A program made the translations under genes and the position numbers. A DNA stretch of 60,797 bases, counting the filler, from Actinomycetota bacterium (GTDB lineage: Bacteria; Actinomycetota; Actinomycetes; JAKEEW01), in NCBI GenBank assembly GCA_046725875.1. It is 4 parts of 4 records of this genome, joined end to end, with 100 filler letters (N's around TTAATTAATTAA, not from the genome) between each part and the next. Parts side by side here need not be neighbours in the genome. Positions count along the whole stretch, not along the records: positions 1 to 28,199 come from JBKOZJ010000060.1; 3 more parts are not named here. One strand, given 5' to 3'. A model generated the notes under the pieces. The model searched no databases, was not told where the DNA came from, and saw only the letters and a program-made list of their open reading frames with translations. This document shows, piece after piece, positions 1 through 9,510 of the stretch (positions within the stretch are counted from its first letter, which is position 1; every line of letters begins with the position of its first letter).

Positions 1-951
1 GTTGCCCTGCACCGGTAGCACTGCGGTCTCCATGCCCCCGGCCGCCTGATCCGTCGCGGCACCGGACAAGATCGCCGCGAGCCGCTCCGGCGTCAGGGTG
101 CCGTTGCCGATCAGGCCGACGGCGTCGACGAGGTCCGCAGCGAGATCGTACTTCTTCGGAATCTTGGCGACGACCGCATCGAGGACCTGAACAAAGTGGC
201 CGGCGCGGGCGGGGCTCGTCCCTTCGGAGATCGAGATGTACGAGACCGCCGCGGCACCGTCCAGTGCCACCGGCTCGGTCGTGGGCCGCGCTACGACTCT
301 GCCGCCAACCGACACCGGAGCGTCGATCTTGACTTCTACCCCTCCGACCCGGGTCACCACGCTCGCGAAGGTCGGCACGTCCAGGACGAACGAACCGGCA
401 ATGTCTACGCCGAGCACGTCGGCCACGGCATCGCGGGTCAACGACTCCCCGGCCACATTGAGTGCGTCGGCGAGCCGTCCGGTGCCGCTCTCCGACACCG
501 TGGAGTCCACGCCCAGGTCCGGCACGTCGACCGCGAGATCGTCGGGAACCCCGACAACCGAGCCGCGGTCCCGCTCGCGGTCGTGCATGATCACCGCGTT
601 GGCGATCGCCCGGCCTTCGGTGGACCTGATCTGGATAAGCACAGCGGCGCGCGGCGCCCCCAGCGCCTTGTCGGCGGGCGACAGGTCCGGGCCGCCGGAC
701 CACGGCCGCCAAATCGCCAGCACGAACAGGAGCAGCGCGGCAGCCGCCGCGCCCGCCGCCAGTAAGCGCCGATCGAGATCGGGTCCCCGGCCACGTCCAC
801 GAGATGGCTCCCCCTTGCGGGCGAACCGCCGCCAATGATCCAGGTCGCCGCGCGCCTCCTCGTGCGCATCGGCGTCGGCTGGCTGCATGTCGGGGATTCC
901 AGAGGGCGGTTCCTCTGGGCGCTTAACGTCCTGACCGCCGGTCACGCTCAC
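1..951 (-). CDS. LCP (LytR-CpsA-Psr) family membrane protein, runs off the window start
   Basis: Not in the ORF track because there is no stop in the window. GTG at 951 overlaps the nadD stop (GTGA). Read by hand: TM segment [23 protein letters not shown], then LCP-like [16 protein letters not shown]...LDGAAAVSY. This is the usual position downstream of nadD. Confidence 0.7.
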   Translation of the reverse strand, partial: MSVTGGQDVKRPEEPPSGIPDMQPADADAHEEARGDLDHWRRFARKGEPSRGRGRGPDLDRRLLAAGAAAAALLLFVLAIWRPWSGGPDLSPADKALGAPRAAVLIQIRSTEGRAIANAVIMHDRERDRGSVVGVPDDLAVDVPDLGVDSTVSESGTGRLADALNVAGESLTRDAVADVLGVDIAGSFVLDVPTFASVVTRVGGVEVKIDAPVSVGGRVVARPTTEPVALDGAAAVSYISISEGTSPARAGHFVQVLDAVVAKIPKKYDLAADLVDAVGLIGNGTLTPERLAAILSGAATDQAAGGMETAVLPVQGN

Positions 952-1544
952 TCCCGGTAGAGACCCCTCTTGTTGATGTATTGGACGACTCCGTCCGGCA
1001 CGAGATACCAGATCGGGGCACCTCGCCGTACTCGATCCCGGCAGCCGGTGGACGAGATCGCCAGCGCGGGTATCTCCACCAAGCTCACCTGACCGTCGGG
1101 AAGGCCGGGATCGGCGAGCCGATGACCGGGTCTTGTACAGCCGATGAAGTGTGCCAGCTTGAACAGTTCGTCCGCATCCCGCCAGGTGAGGATGTTGGCA
1201 AGGGCGTCGGCGCCGGTGATGAAAAAGAGATCGGGGTCCGGTCCGTGCTCCTCGCGCAGCTCACGAAGAGTGTCGATGGTATAGGTCGGGCCCCCACGGT
1301 CGATATCGATTCTGCTTACGTGGAATCGCGGGTTAGATGCGGTCGCGATCACCGTCATGAGATAGCGGTCTTCGGCCTTCGTAACGTCGTAGACGGGCTT
1401 CTGCCACGGCTGGCCGGTGGGCACGAAGACGACCTTGTGGAGCTGGAACAGGCTCGCGACCTCGCTCGCCGCCACAAGGTGCCCGTGGTGGATCGGATCA
1501 AAGGTCCCGCCCATCACGCCGAGCCGGGAGCGGCGACCAGTCAC
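948..1544 (-). CDS. nadD: nicotinate-nucleotide adenylyltransferase
   Basis: [30 protein letters not shown] and ISST motifs. Confidence 0.97.
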   Translation of the reverse strand: MTGRRSRLGVMGGTFDPIHHGHLVAASEVASLFQLHKVVFVPTGQPWQKPVYDVTKAEDRYLMTVIATASNPRFHVSRIDIDRGGPTYTIDTLRELREEHGPDPDLFFITGADALANILTWRDADELFKLAHFIGCTRPGHRLADPGLPDGQVSLVEIPALAISSTGCRDRVRRGAPIWYLVPDGVVQYINKRGLYRE

Positions 1545-1563
1545 CGTGCGCGCATCTTCCGAG

Positions 1564-1713
1564 CTAGCGGTCCTTGTTGAACTGGAGCGTAATGATCAAC
1601 AGGATGCACAGCAGGACGAAGGCGCCGACCGCGACCAAAATCGGGTGGGCGAAGTCCTTCTGCTCGCCCTCGGTCTGGGCGAGCGCGGTCATCAAGGGGA
1701 CAGCAGCGGTCAT
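1564..1713 (-). CDS. small single-TM protein, 49 aa ([49 protein letters not shown])
   Basis: ATG at 1713 with GGGAG upstream, TAG at 1564-1566, GC3-biased codons and a hydrophobic helix. Below the ORF-track size cutoff. Confidence 0.75.
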   Translation of the reverse strand: MTAAVPLMTALAQTEGEQKDFAHPILVAVGAFVLLCILLIITLQFNKDR

Positions 1714-1814
1714 GGCGTGATCTGCTCCCTGTTGGGGGGTCCCGAGCCCAGGGTCCGACCCCGGTCCTCAGCGGGTGGAATCCGTTGGCTTGATCGTACG
1801 CCTGCGGGCTCCGT

Positions 1815-1910
1815 TCAGATCTCCGGCCCGCCGTCGCCGTAGCCACGCAACACCAGCCACGTCACGAGCACGATCCCCACTATGGCGAACAACACGACGA
1901 GCTTCAGCAC
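1815..1910 (-). CDS. putative small TM peptide, 31 aa (MLKLVVLFAIVGIVLVTWLVLRGYGDGGPEI); an in-frame ATG at 1991 would give 58 aa
   Basis: Uninterrupted hydrophobic run with GC3-rich codons, co-oriented between obgE and nadD. Confidence 0.45.
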   Translation of the reverse strand: MLKLVVLFAIVGIVLVTWLVLRGYGDGGPEI

Positions 1911-2021
1911 CCCTCGAGCTTGCCACCGCCGGCGTAGACTCGCGTGACCGCCCCAACAAAGAACAGCGTTCCGTATGCGCTCCTCGGCCATTGGTCGACT
2001 GGTCGATCAGTCCCGCCGGCC

Positions 2022-3407
2022 TCAGTCCAGCCGCGGATCGTTGCCACGGCGGCCAAGGAGATGCTCAGCGCCGGCCACGATCGTCGGCTCCCAGTCGAAC
2101 ACGACCGCGTCGTCGCCAGTGCCGATGACCACTTCGGCACCCGGCTCGGCGCCCAGCTCGAGTAGCCGCTCCTCGACCCCGAGGCGGGCAAGCCGATCCG
2201 CGAGGTAGCCGACCGCCTCGCCGTTCGAGAAGTCGGTTTGCCGGACCCAGCGCTCCGGCTTCTCCCCAAGCACCCGGAAGCGCCCGTCCTCCCTCAGCAC
2301 AGTAAAGCCGCCGTCGTCGACTGACTTCGGGCGCAGCACGATGCGGGTTGGCTGGGGAGATGGGGCAGCGACGCGGGCGGCGCTGACCAGCTCGGACATC
2401 GCGAATGTCAGCTCGCGCAGGCCGTCGTGCGTGGCCGCGCTCACTTTGAACACCGGCAGCCCACGAGCTCGCAGCTCCGGCTCAACGAGGTCGGCAATCT
2501 CCCGCGCCTCGGTCACATCGATCTTGTTGAGTACGACGAGCCGCGGTCGGGCGGCAAGATCTTCCAAGCCCGGTGGTCGAGCATCCCGGGTGGCTTCGTC
2601 ATACGCAGCGATCTCGGCTTCGATCACGTCGAGGTCGGACAGCGGGTCCCGGCCGGGCTCGACCGTCGCGCAGTCGAGCACGTGGACAAGGACGCTGCAC
2701 CGTTCGACGTGGCGCAGGAACTCCAGCCCGAGGCCGCGACCCGCGCTTGCCCCCGCAATGAGCCCTGGCACGTCGGCAATGGTGAACCGGGTCCCATCTG
2801 CGTCGACGACCCCGAGGTTCGGCGCGAGCGTCGTAAACGGGTAATCCGCGATCTTCGGACGAGCGGCCGACACCGCGGCGATGATGCTCGACTTGCCGGC
2901 GCTCGGGAAGCCGACCAGGGCAACGTCGGCAACGGTCTTGAGCTCGAGCACGAAATCCCCGCCCTCGCCGGGCTCGCCAAGCAGCGCGAAGCCGGGCGCT
3001 TTGCGGCGGGGTGAAGCGAGCGCGGCGTTCCCCAGGCCGCCCCGGCCGCCCCGGCAGAGAACGAAGCGGGTGCCGGCGCCAACGAGATCGGCAAGGAGCT
3101 CGCCCGCTGCCGCGGAGACCACCGTCCCGTCGGGTACCGGGAGCAGCAGATCCCGGCCATCGGCGCCGTAGCGGTTGTCGCCCTGGCCGGGCCGGCCGTT
3201 GCTCGCCTTGCGGTGCGGTGAGCGGTGGTAGTCGAGCAGCGTCGTCGTACCCGGGTCGACGACGAGGATCACGTCCCCGCCCCGGCCACCGTTTCCGCCG
3301 TCTGGGCCGCCGAGCGGCTTGAACTTCTCCCGGTGGATGGAGGCACAGCCGTGCCCGCCCGACCCGGCCTGCGCGTGGATGACCACCTGGTCAACGAAGG
3401 TCGCCAT
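2022..3407 (-). CDS. obgE: GTPase ObgE/CgtA
   Basis: MATFVDQV start, Gly-rich Obg fold ([12 protein letters not shown]), [21 protein letters not shown]; follows rpmA. Confidence 0.97.
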   Translation of the reverse strand: MATFVDQVVIHAQAGSGGHGCASIHREKFKPLGGPDGGNGGRGGDVILVVDPGTTTLLDYHRSPHRKASNGRPGQGDNRYGADGRDLLLPVPDGTVVSAAAGELLADLVGAGTRFVLCRGGRGGLGNAALASPRRKAPGFALLGEPGEGGDFVLELKTVADVALVGFPSAGKSSIIAAVSAARPKIADYPFTTLAPNLGVVDADGTRFTIADVPGLIAGASAGRGLGLEFLRHVERCSVLVHVLDCATVEPGRDPLSDLDVIEAEIAAYDEATRDARPPGLEDLAARPRLVVLNKIDVTEAREIADLVEPELRARGLPVFKVSAATHDGLRELTFAMSELVSAARVAAPSPQPTRIVLRPKSVDDGGFTVLREDGRFRVLGEKPERWVRQTDFSNGEAVGYLADRLARLGVEERLLELGAEPGAEVVIGTGDDAVVFDWEPTIVAGAEHLLGRRGNDPRLD

Positions 3408-3465
3408 CCGGCTGCCGCCTCCTCTCCTGGACCGCCGTGATCTGAACCATGATCTGAATAGCCAA

Positions 3466-3494
3466 GAGGCGGACCGGTAAGCCCGATCCGCCTC
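3466..3494 (-). terminator. GC-rich hairpin after rpmA, possible partial terminator
   Basis: GAGGCGGA...TCCGCCTC stem followed by TTGGCTATT on the minus strand. Confidence 0.5.
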
Positions 3495-3527
3495 CAACTG
3501 AATAGCTTCGGCTTGTGCGCCAGCGGA

Positions 3528-3785
3528 TCACTCCACCGACGGGATGACGTTGACGACCCGGCGACCCCGTCGATTGCCGAACTCCACCGCACCATCGACG
3601 AGGGCGAACAGGGTGTCGTCGCCGCCGCGGCCGACACCGGCGCCCGGGTGGAAGTGGGTGCCGCGCTGGCGCACAATGATCTCGCCAGCGTTAACGATCT
3701 GGCCGCCGAAGCGCTTCACGCCCAGCCGCTTAGCCGTGGAGTCTCGGCCGTTGCGGCTAGACGACGCGCCCTTCTTGTGAGCCAT
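3528..3785 (-). CDS. rpmA: 50S ribosomal protein L27
   Basis: [16 protein letters not shown]...[10 protein letters not shown]. Confidence 0.99.
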   Translation of the reverse strand: MAHKKGASSSRNGRDSTAKRLGVKRFGGQIVNAGEIIVRQRGTHFHPGAGVGRGGDDTLFALVDGAVEFGNRRGRRVVNVIPSVE

Positions 3786-3793
3786 CGTGAAAC

Positions 3794-4108
3794 CTACTTC
3801 CCGGTCTTGATGCCGGTGACCTTCACCTGGATCAGCTTCTGCCGGTGACCCTGGCGCTTGCGGTAGCCGGTCTTGTTCTTGAACTTCAGGATCTCGATCT
3901 TCGGTCCCTTCACGGGGCCGACCACCTCGGCCGTCACCGCGACCTTGGTGAGCTTGGCGGCGTCGGCGGTCACCTTGTCACCGTCGACGACCAGAACCGC
4001 GGGCAGCGTGAGCTTTGCGCCGGGCTCACCGTCGACCCGGTCGATCGTGACGACGTCGCCAACGGCGACCTTCTCCTGCCGGCCGCCGGCGCGAACGATC
4101 GCGTACAC
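3794..4108 (-). CDS. rplU: 50S ribosomal protein L21
   Basis: [14 protein letters not shown]...[14 protein letters not shown]. Confidence 0.99.
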   Translation of the reverse strand: MYAIVRAGGRQEKVAVGDVVTIDRVDGEPGAKLTLPAVLVVDGDKVTADAAKLTKVAVTAEVVGPVKGPKIEILKFKNKTGYRKRQGHRQKLIQVKVTGIKTGK

Positions 4109-4257
4109 CGCGGAACCTCTCTAGATCATTGTTTGCCCGGCGGATTCGCCGAACCGAGCCTCGGCGAGCGAGCCCTGGAGCCCGCGACCTGCTTGTGGCG
4201 TTCCACGGCGTGTTCGCGCAGGTGGCGCGCCAGCCGACAACAATACAGGACGGGAGG

Positions 4258-6828
4258 TCACCCGGGCCAACCGAGCCCAAGCGTGCGTGCCCCGGGGTAT
4301 GACGGGTGCGCCTCCTCCTCGGGTACGGCACCCAAACCACTCGGCCTGAGATCAGCCGGCGGCTCCGCGCTCCGGCTCGCCGGAGCCTCCCTCGGGTTGC
4401 CGTCCAGTGCGGCGGCGATCGCCTCTGGGCCCACCGGCGCGGGTGGGTCCCCGGGTGTCGACTCGGCCGACACTGTCACCGGTGGCTGTACCGAAGCCAC
4501 GGCGGCTACCGCCGCCGGCGCTGCGGCGCCGGCGCCGGCGCGCCTGCGACTCTCCGGTTTCGCTTCCAGGACATCCATATGGATCTTGACGCCGCGCCCA
4601 TTGCAGCATTCGCACGGCTCGGAGAACGCCTCGAGCAGGCCCTGGCCCACCCGCTTGCGGGTCATTTGCACGAGACCCAACGAGGTGATCTCGGCCACCT
4701 GATGCTTCGTACGATCTCGACCCAGGCACTCGAGCAGCCTGCGCAACACCAGCTCGCGGTTGCTCTCGAGGACCATGTCGATGAAGTCGATGACAATGAT
4801 GCCGCCGACGTCGCGGAGCCGCAGTTGGCGGACGATCTCTTCGGCGGCCTCGAGATTGTTCTTGGTAACCGTCTCTTCGAGGTTTCCGCCCTGGCCGGTG
4901 AACTTGCCGGTATTGACGTCGATGACGGTCATCGCCTCGGTCCGGTCGATCACCAGTGAACCACCGGACGGCAGCCACACCTTTCGGTCGAGGGCTTTGA
5001 CGATCTGCTCGTCGATTCGGTCGGCGGTGAAGACGTCCTCGGTCCCGGTCCACAGCTCGAGCCGGGGGCCCAGGTCGGGTGCGACGTGGGCGACGTACGC
5101 ATCGATCATGTCCCAGGCGTCGTCGCCCTCGACCACGAGCTTGGTGAAGTCCTCGTTGAAGATGTCCCTGACCACGCGGATGGGCAGGTCAGGTTCCCCA
5201 TAGAGCAGAGCGGGCGCACCCACGCTCTTCGCCTTCTTCTGGATGTCATCCCACTGTGCGGACAGCCGGTTCACGTCCCGCTTGAGCTCGTCTTCGGTGG
5301 CCCCCTCGGCCGCGGTCCGCACGATGACGCCGGCGTCCTCCGGGAGGATCGACCGAAGGAGGATCTTCAGCCGGTTTCGCTCGGTGTCCGGCAGCTTCCG
5401 GCTGATGCCGGTCATCGAGCCCTCGGGCACATAGACCAGGTAACGGCCGGGCAGGCTGATCTGGCTGGTGAGCCGGGCTCCCTTTTGCGCGACCGGGTCC
5501 TTGGTCACCTGGACGAGGATGGACTGGCCGGACTTGAGTACGTTCTCGATGCGCTTCGGTTGCCCATCGAGGCCGGCGACATCGAAGTTGACTTCACCGG
5601 CATAGAGCACGGCGTTTCGGCCGCGGCCGATATCGACGAACGCGGCCTCCATCGAGGGAAGGACGTTCTGCACCTTGCCGAGGTACACGTTGCCAATCAG
5701 GGAGGTATGGGATTCCCGATTGACGTAGTGCTCGACCAACACGCCGTCCTCGAGCACCGCGATCTGAGTGATCTCCCCGGCCTGCCGGACGACCATGACC
5801 CGGTCGACCGACTCGCGACGAGCCAGGAATTCGGCCTCGGTGATCACGGGGGCCCGGCGCCGTCCGGCCTCCCGCCCCTCCCGCCGCCGTTGTTTCTTGG
5901 CCTCGAGCCGGGTCGAGCCCTTGACCATGGTGACGTCGGCCTCGTCAGCGTCCTGCTGGCGGGGCTCGCGGATCTTAACGACGGTTCGCTCGGGGTCGTC
6001 TGCCGCGTGGACCTTGGCTTCGTCCCCAGCCCCCGCGCGGCGGCGGCGGCGCCGGCGGCGGCGTGTCCCGGACCCTGCAGCCTCGCTGTCGGCCTCCACA
6101 CGATCCGGCTCGGGCTCATCCGTATCCGGAGTGGAGGTGTCGTCCGCGGGTGCTTCGGCCGCCGGCGCCTCGACCGCGCGCTCGGAGCTGTCACTGGCCT
6201 CTCGGCGGCGGCCCCGGCCGCTTCGCCGGCGGCGCTTCCGGGCTGCCTCGCCCGCCTCCTCGGTATCGTCCGCGCCCGCTGCTGCCTGGGCCGGGATGGG
6301 CTCGCCGGCCGCGGCGGGAGCGGGGATCTCGGCAGGAGCCGCCGCACGCTTGCGGGTAGGCCTTCGTTTGGCCGGTTCGACCGCCTCGTCGGGCGCCACC
6401 GCGGCGCGGCCGGATGTGTCCGTTGGCTCGTCCGCTCGGCTGGTCGCCGGACGGCGCTTCCGGCTCGCTGCCTTTGCTGCCTCCACTGGCTCTTGGAAGA
6501 GGGGCGTCGGCTCCTGGAATGTCACCGCCGGCGCGGCCCGCCGAGCGGGCGCTTCGGTTGCCGGCGCATCGGCGCCAGCCGAGGAGCCGCTGGAGCGCGG
6601 GCGGGCTTCGGCCTCGTCTGCTTTCGCTGCCGCCTTCTTCCGGGTTCGCCGGGGCTTGCTGGCCTCCGCCGCCGTGGCCAGCTCGGCGTCCGCGGGGGCC
6701 GCCTTCCGCGTGCGACGCGACCGCTTGGACGCCTGTGTGCTGGTGTCGCCGCCGCTGTCCGGGGCGCCACCACTGGTGGATTTGTTGCTTGCTGTGTTGC
6801 CTTCTTGTGTGGGCTCGTCCTCGAGCAT
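4258..6828 (-). CDS. rne: ribonuclease E/G family protein
   Basis: Disordered Arg/Ala/Glu-rich N-terminus, S1 region (GNVYLGKVQNVLPSMEAAFVDIG), IDVNTGKF, IVIDFIDM and Zn-link CECCNGRG. Confidence 0.96.
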   Translation of the reverse strand: MLEDEPTQEGNTASNKSTSGGAPDSGGDTSTQASKRSRRTRKAAPADAELATAAEASKPRRTRKKAAAKADEAEARPRSSGSSAGADAPATEAPARRAAPAVTFQEPTPLFQEPVEAAKAASRKRRPATSRADEPTDTSGRAAVAPDEAVEPAKRRPTRKRAAAPAEIPAPAAAGEPIPAQAAAGADDTEEAGEAARKRRRRSGRGRRREASDSSERAVEAPAAEAPADDTSTPDTDEPEPDRVEADSEAAGSGTRRRRRRRRRAGAGDEAKVHAADDPERTVVKIREPRQQDADEADVTMVKGSTRLEAKKQRRREGREAGRRRAPVITEAEFLARRESVDRVMVVRQAGEITQIAVLEDGVLVEHYVNRESHTSLIGNVYLGKVQNVLPSMEAAFVDIGRGRNAVLYAGEVNFDVAGLDGQPKRIENVLKSGQSILVQVTKDPVAQKGARLTSQISLPGRYLVYVPEGSMTGISRKLPDTERNRLKILLRSILPEDAGVIVRTAAEGATEDELKRDVNRLSAQWDDIQKKAKSVGAPALLYGEPDLPIRVVRDIFNEDFTKLVVEGDDAWDMIDAYVAHVAPDLGPRLELWTGTEDVFTADRIDEQIVKALDRKVWLPSGGSLVIDRTEAMTVIDVNTGKFTGQGGNLEETVTKNNLEAAEEIVRQLRLRDVGGIIVIDFIDMVLESNRELVLRRLLECLGRDRTKHQVAEITSLGLVQMTRKRVGQGLLEAFSEPCECCNGRGVKIHMDVLEAKPESRRRAGAGAAAPAAVAAVASVQPPVTVSAESTPGDPPAPVGPEAIAAALDGNPREAPASRSAEPPADLRPSGLGAVPEEEAHPSYPGARTLGLGWPG

Positions 6829-6986
6829 CCGGGCATGTCTCCCGTCACGCTCCCGGGCGCCGGCTGAGGCGCCGCGCAGGAGCTTGTCCTAGCCGCCGTT
6901 CGATGAGACCCCCCTTGGCCTCGCCCGGACGGCGAAAGTCTGTGTCTGCTGCATCCGCGGGTCCGCACCCGCGATTGCCGACTTGG

Positions 6987-7796
6987 TCACGCGGGCTCCG
7001 CGCCGCCGCGAACCTGTCCGCTCCTCGTCGGCAGCCGAGGGCTCCGATGGTCCGGCAGCAGCGGGTCGGAGACCGTGCCGGACACCGGGTCTAGTGGGCC
7101 CTGCGCCCGCCTCGTCACCAGCGGCGGTGTGGGCGGCGCCAGGTCGGCCACGTGGCGGAGTCCGGCAAGGACGTCGTCGGGTCGAACGGCCGGTGTGGTC
7201 TGCCGAACGACCACATGAAGTATCGCACACGGCCCGCCCTCCGTCCGGAAAGGCCCGCTGGCCCCGTCGGCCACGGTGATCCCGATGACGGGCAGACGAG
7301 CGTCGAGCCTGCGGACGCCCTGCTTGGTGAGCCGCTCGACCTCGACAGTGTCGGCCGACAGGAACGACTCGACCGCCTTGGCCGCGGTCGCCGCATCGAT
7401 CCCGGAGAGCACGATCTCCCAGTGCGACGCTTCGAGCCGATCCGCGAGGGCGGGTCCGGTGGCTTCCACGACCTCGATCACGTCGAGCCCTGGGGGCAGC
7501 GACGAATCCAGGTCGTATCTGAGCCGATCGGGCTCGACCCGCTCGTTCAGTGCGACCTCGAGATACTCTGCCTCGCTCGCAACCCCCGTCGGGGCTGCTC
7601 CTGCGTACGAAACCTTGGGGTGCGGCGAGAAGCCGGCCGAGTAGGCGACCGGAACGCCCGCACGCCGCAGGGCTCGCTCGAATGCACGCTGGAAGTCGCG
7701 GTGGCTAGTGAATCTCAGGCGCCCGCGCTTGGCGTATCTGACTCGCAGCCGCTGAACGACCGGCGCCGGCGGCGGCCCGTTAGGGGTACGAGCCAT
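6987..7796 (-). CDS. radical SAM-linked protein (TIGR03936/DUF2344-like)
   Basis: RLRVRYAKRGRLRFTSHRDFQRAFERALRRAGVPVAYSAGFSPHPKVSY; start taken at ATG 7796. Confidence 0.9.
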   Translation of the reverse strand: MARTPNGPPPAPVVQRLRVRYAKRGRLRFTSHRDFQRAFERALRRAGVPVAYSAGFSPHPKVSYAGAAPTGVASEAEYLEVALNERVEPDRLRYDLDSSLPPGLDVIEVVEATGPALADRLEASHWEIVLSGIDAATAAKAVESFLSADTVEVERLTKQGVRRLDARLPVIGITVADGASGPFRTEGGPCAILHVVVRQTTPAVRPDDVLAGLRHVADLAPPTPPLVTRRAQGPLDPVSGTVSDPLLPDHRSPRLPTRSGQVRGGAEPA

Positions 7797-7904
7797 CTGT
7801 CCAGTATGCGGAGGACTTCGCTCTATTGAACGACCATGACGTTGACTCGTACCTAGCGAGCCATTGGCACACTCATTCGACAGGTATGGAGCGAACGGCG
7901 CCAT

Positions 7905-9428
7905 TCATACAGTGGCTGTTGGGTGCAACGCAGCCGCAAGCAGCTGCATTCCCGGCGCAATCCGTTCGGTGTTAATGGCGCCGTACCCGATCACCAGCCC
8001 GTCCCGGGGCTCCGTATTGGTTTCGGGAGCGGCGATTCCCTTCGTCCGATCGGCGGACATGTAATAGGGGCCGAGCTGCCGGATGACGACGCCGGACCGG
8101 GCCGCGAGCCGGCGGGACCGCCCGAGATCGACGCCCGAGCCCGCCCGCACGTACGTGCTCACGTGCAGCCCGGCCGCCGAGGGCACGACCTCGAGCCACT
8201 CGGCGAGCTCGCCACCGACTGCCGCGACCACCGCCGCGTGGCGCTCGGCGTACACCCGGGTCATCCGACGGATGTGCCGACCAAGCTGGCCCTCTTCGAT
8301 AAACCTGGCCAGCGCTCCCTGCGTAACGACGTCACCCTGCCCGTCCGCGAGCAGCTTCGCCGTGCGCAGCGCCGGCTGCAGCGATTCGGGCGCAACAACA
8401 AATCCGAGCCGAAGCATCGGGAGGAGCGACTTTGAGTACGTGCCCACGTAGATCACTCGGCCGGCTCGGTCGAGGCTCTGGAGCGGCTCGAGCGGGCGGT
8501 CGGCGAAGCGGAACTCGCTGTCATAGTCGTCCTCGATGATCACTGCATTCCGGCGAGCCGCCCAGGCGAGCAGGGCGGTTCGGCGGGCGAGTGACATCGC
8601 CGTCCCGAGCGGGAACTGGTGGGACGGCGTCACATGGACCAGCCGGGCGGTGGCCGGGATCTGGTCGACGACCAGGCCCTCCTCGTCGACGGGCACTCCG
8701 ATGACCCGGGCGCCGAGGCTGGCGAAGAGCTGCCGGGCCGGCGGGTATCCAGGATCTTCGACGGCGACTGTGGCGCCGTGATCGATCAGCACCCGCCCGA
8801 CGAGGTCGAGCGCCTGCTGGGCCCCTTGGGTCACGACGACGTCGTCCGCATCCACCCGGACCGACCGCGAGATGCCGATGTATCGGGCGATCGCCCCCTT
8901 TAGCCCTGCGTGACCCGTCGGCTCGGCGTAGTCCGCGTCACGGATCACCGCGCGGCTCAGCTCCCGGCCGACCAGCCGCCGCCAGGTGTCCAGCGGGAAG
9001 AGCGCGAGGTCGGGCACGCCGATGCTGAAGTCATAGGGCGGTGGGGCGGACCGGACCGGCGGAGGTTCGGGGATCGACGACCAAACCGGGCGCGGCCGCA
9101 GGATCTCACCCCGGGGCGCTCTTCGGCGGTCGCCGGGCTGGCTGGCCGCGGCGGGCGAGACGAACGTGCCAGCGCCGACCTTGCTATCCAGGAAGCCCTC
9201 GGCCGTCAGGCGCTCGTATGCGACCGCGACGGTGTTGCGCGATACACCGAGGCGGGTGGCAAGCTCGCGAGTGGGCGGCAGCCGGATACCGGGTCCCAAG
9301 CGGCCATCGAGAATGGCGTCGAGCAGCTGCCGGTAGATCTGTGCCGCCCGGTCGCCCCGCGCTCGCAGGCTGATGTGGATATCGAAAGCGGCCGCATCGG
9401 CGGCTCCTGGCGATGGCCTGTGCAGCAT
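7905..9428 (-). CDS. MocR/GabR-type regulator (GntR HTH + PLP aminotransferase-like domain)
   Basis: LPPTRELATRLGVSRNTVAVAYERL HTH, TPSHQFPLG, IIEDDYDSEF, GTYSKSL. Start uncertain; ATG 9428 chosen. Confidence 0.92.
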   Translation of the reverse strand: MLHRPSPGAADAAAFDIHISLRARGDRAAQIYRQLLDAILDGRLGPGIRLPPTRELATRLGVSRNTVAVAYERLTAEGFLDSKVGAGTFVSPAAASQPGDRRRAPRGEILRPRPVWSSIPEPPPVRSAPPPYDFSIGVPDLALFPLDTWRRLVGRELSRAVIRDADYAEPTGHAGLKGAIARYIGISRSVRVDADDVVVTQGAQQALDLVGRVLIDHGATVAVEDPGYPPARQLFASLGARVIGVPVDEEGLVVDQIPATARLVHVTPSHQFPLGTAMSLARRTALLAWAARRNAVIIEDDYDSEFRFADRPLEPLQSLDRAGRVIYVGTYSKSLLPMLRLGFVVAPESLQPALRTAKLLADGQGDVVTQGALARFIEEGQLGRHIRRMTRVYAERHAAVVAAVGGELAEWLEVVPSAAGLHVSTYVRAGSGVDLGRSRRLAARSGVVIRQLGPYYMSADRTKGIAAPETNTEPRDGLVIGYGAINTERIAPGMQLLAAALHPTATV

Positions 9429-9441
9429 CCGGGGACCCGCA

Positions 9442-9490
9442 GATTGGCCCAATCGGTTGGCCACGAATTGGACCTTAGCGGATAACCAAT
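9442..9490. promoter_or_regulatory. putative MocR operator in the divergent promoter region
   Basis: Palindrome GATTGG-C-CCAATC (9442-9454), direct repeats TTGGCC/TTGGAC at 9444, 9457 and 9468, and an inverted CCAAT at 9486. Confidence 0.6.
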
Positions 9491-9510
9491 CGCTCATGAG
9501 ACTGGATCGG

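Noticed and set aside
5860..6830. Arg-rich low-complexity runs in rne
   Set aside because: Normal disordered region of actinobacterial RNase E.
5086..6867. Long antisense and alternate-frame ORFs (e.g. 593 aa here, 633 aa at 45597-47498, 562 aa at 36232-37920)
   Set aside because: Shadow ORFs produced by high-GC codon bias opposite well-supported genes.
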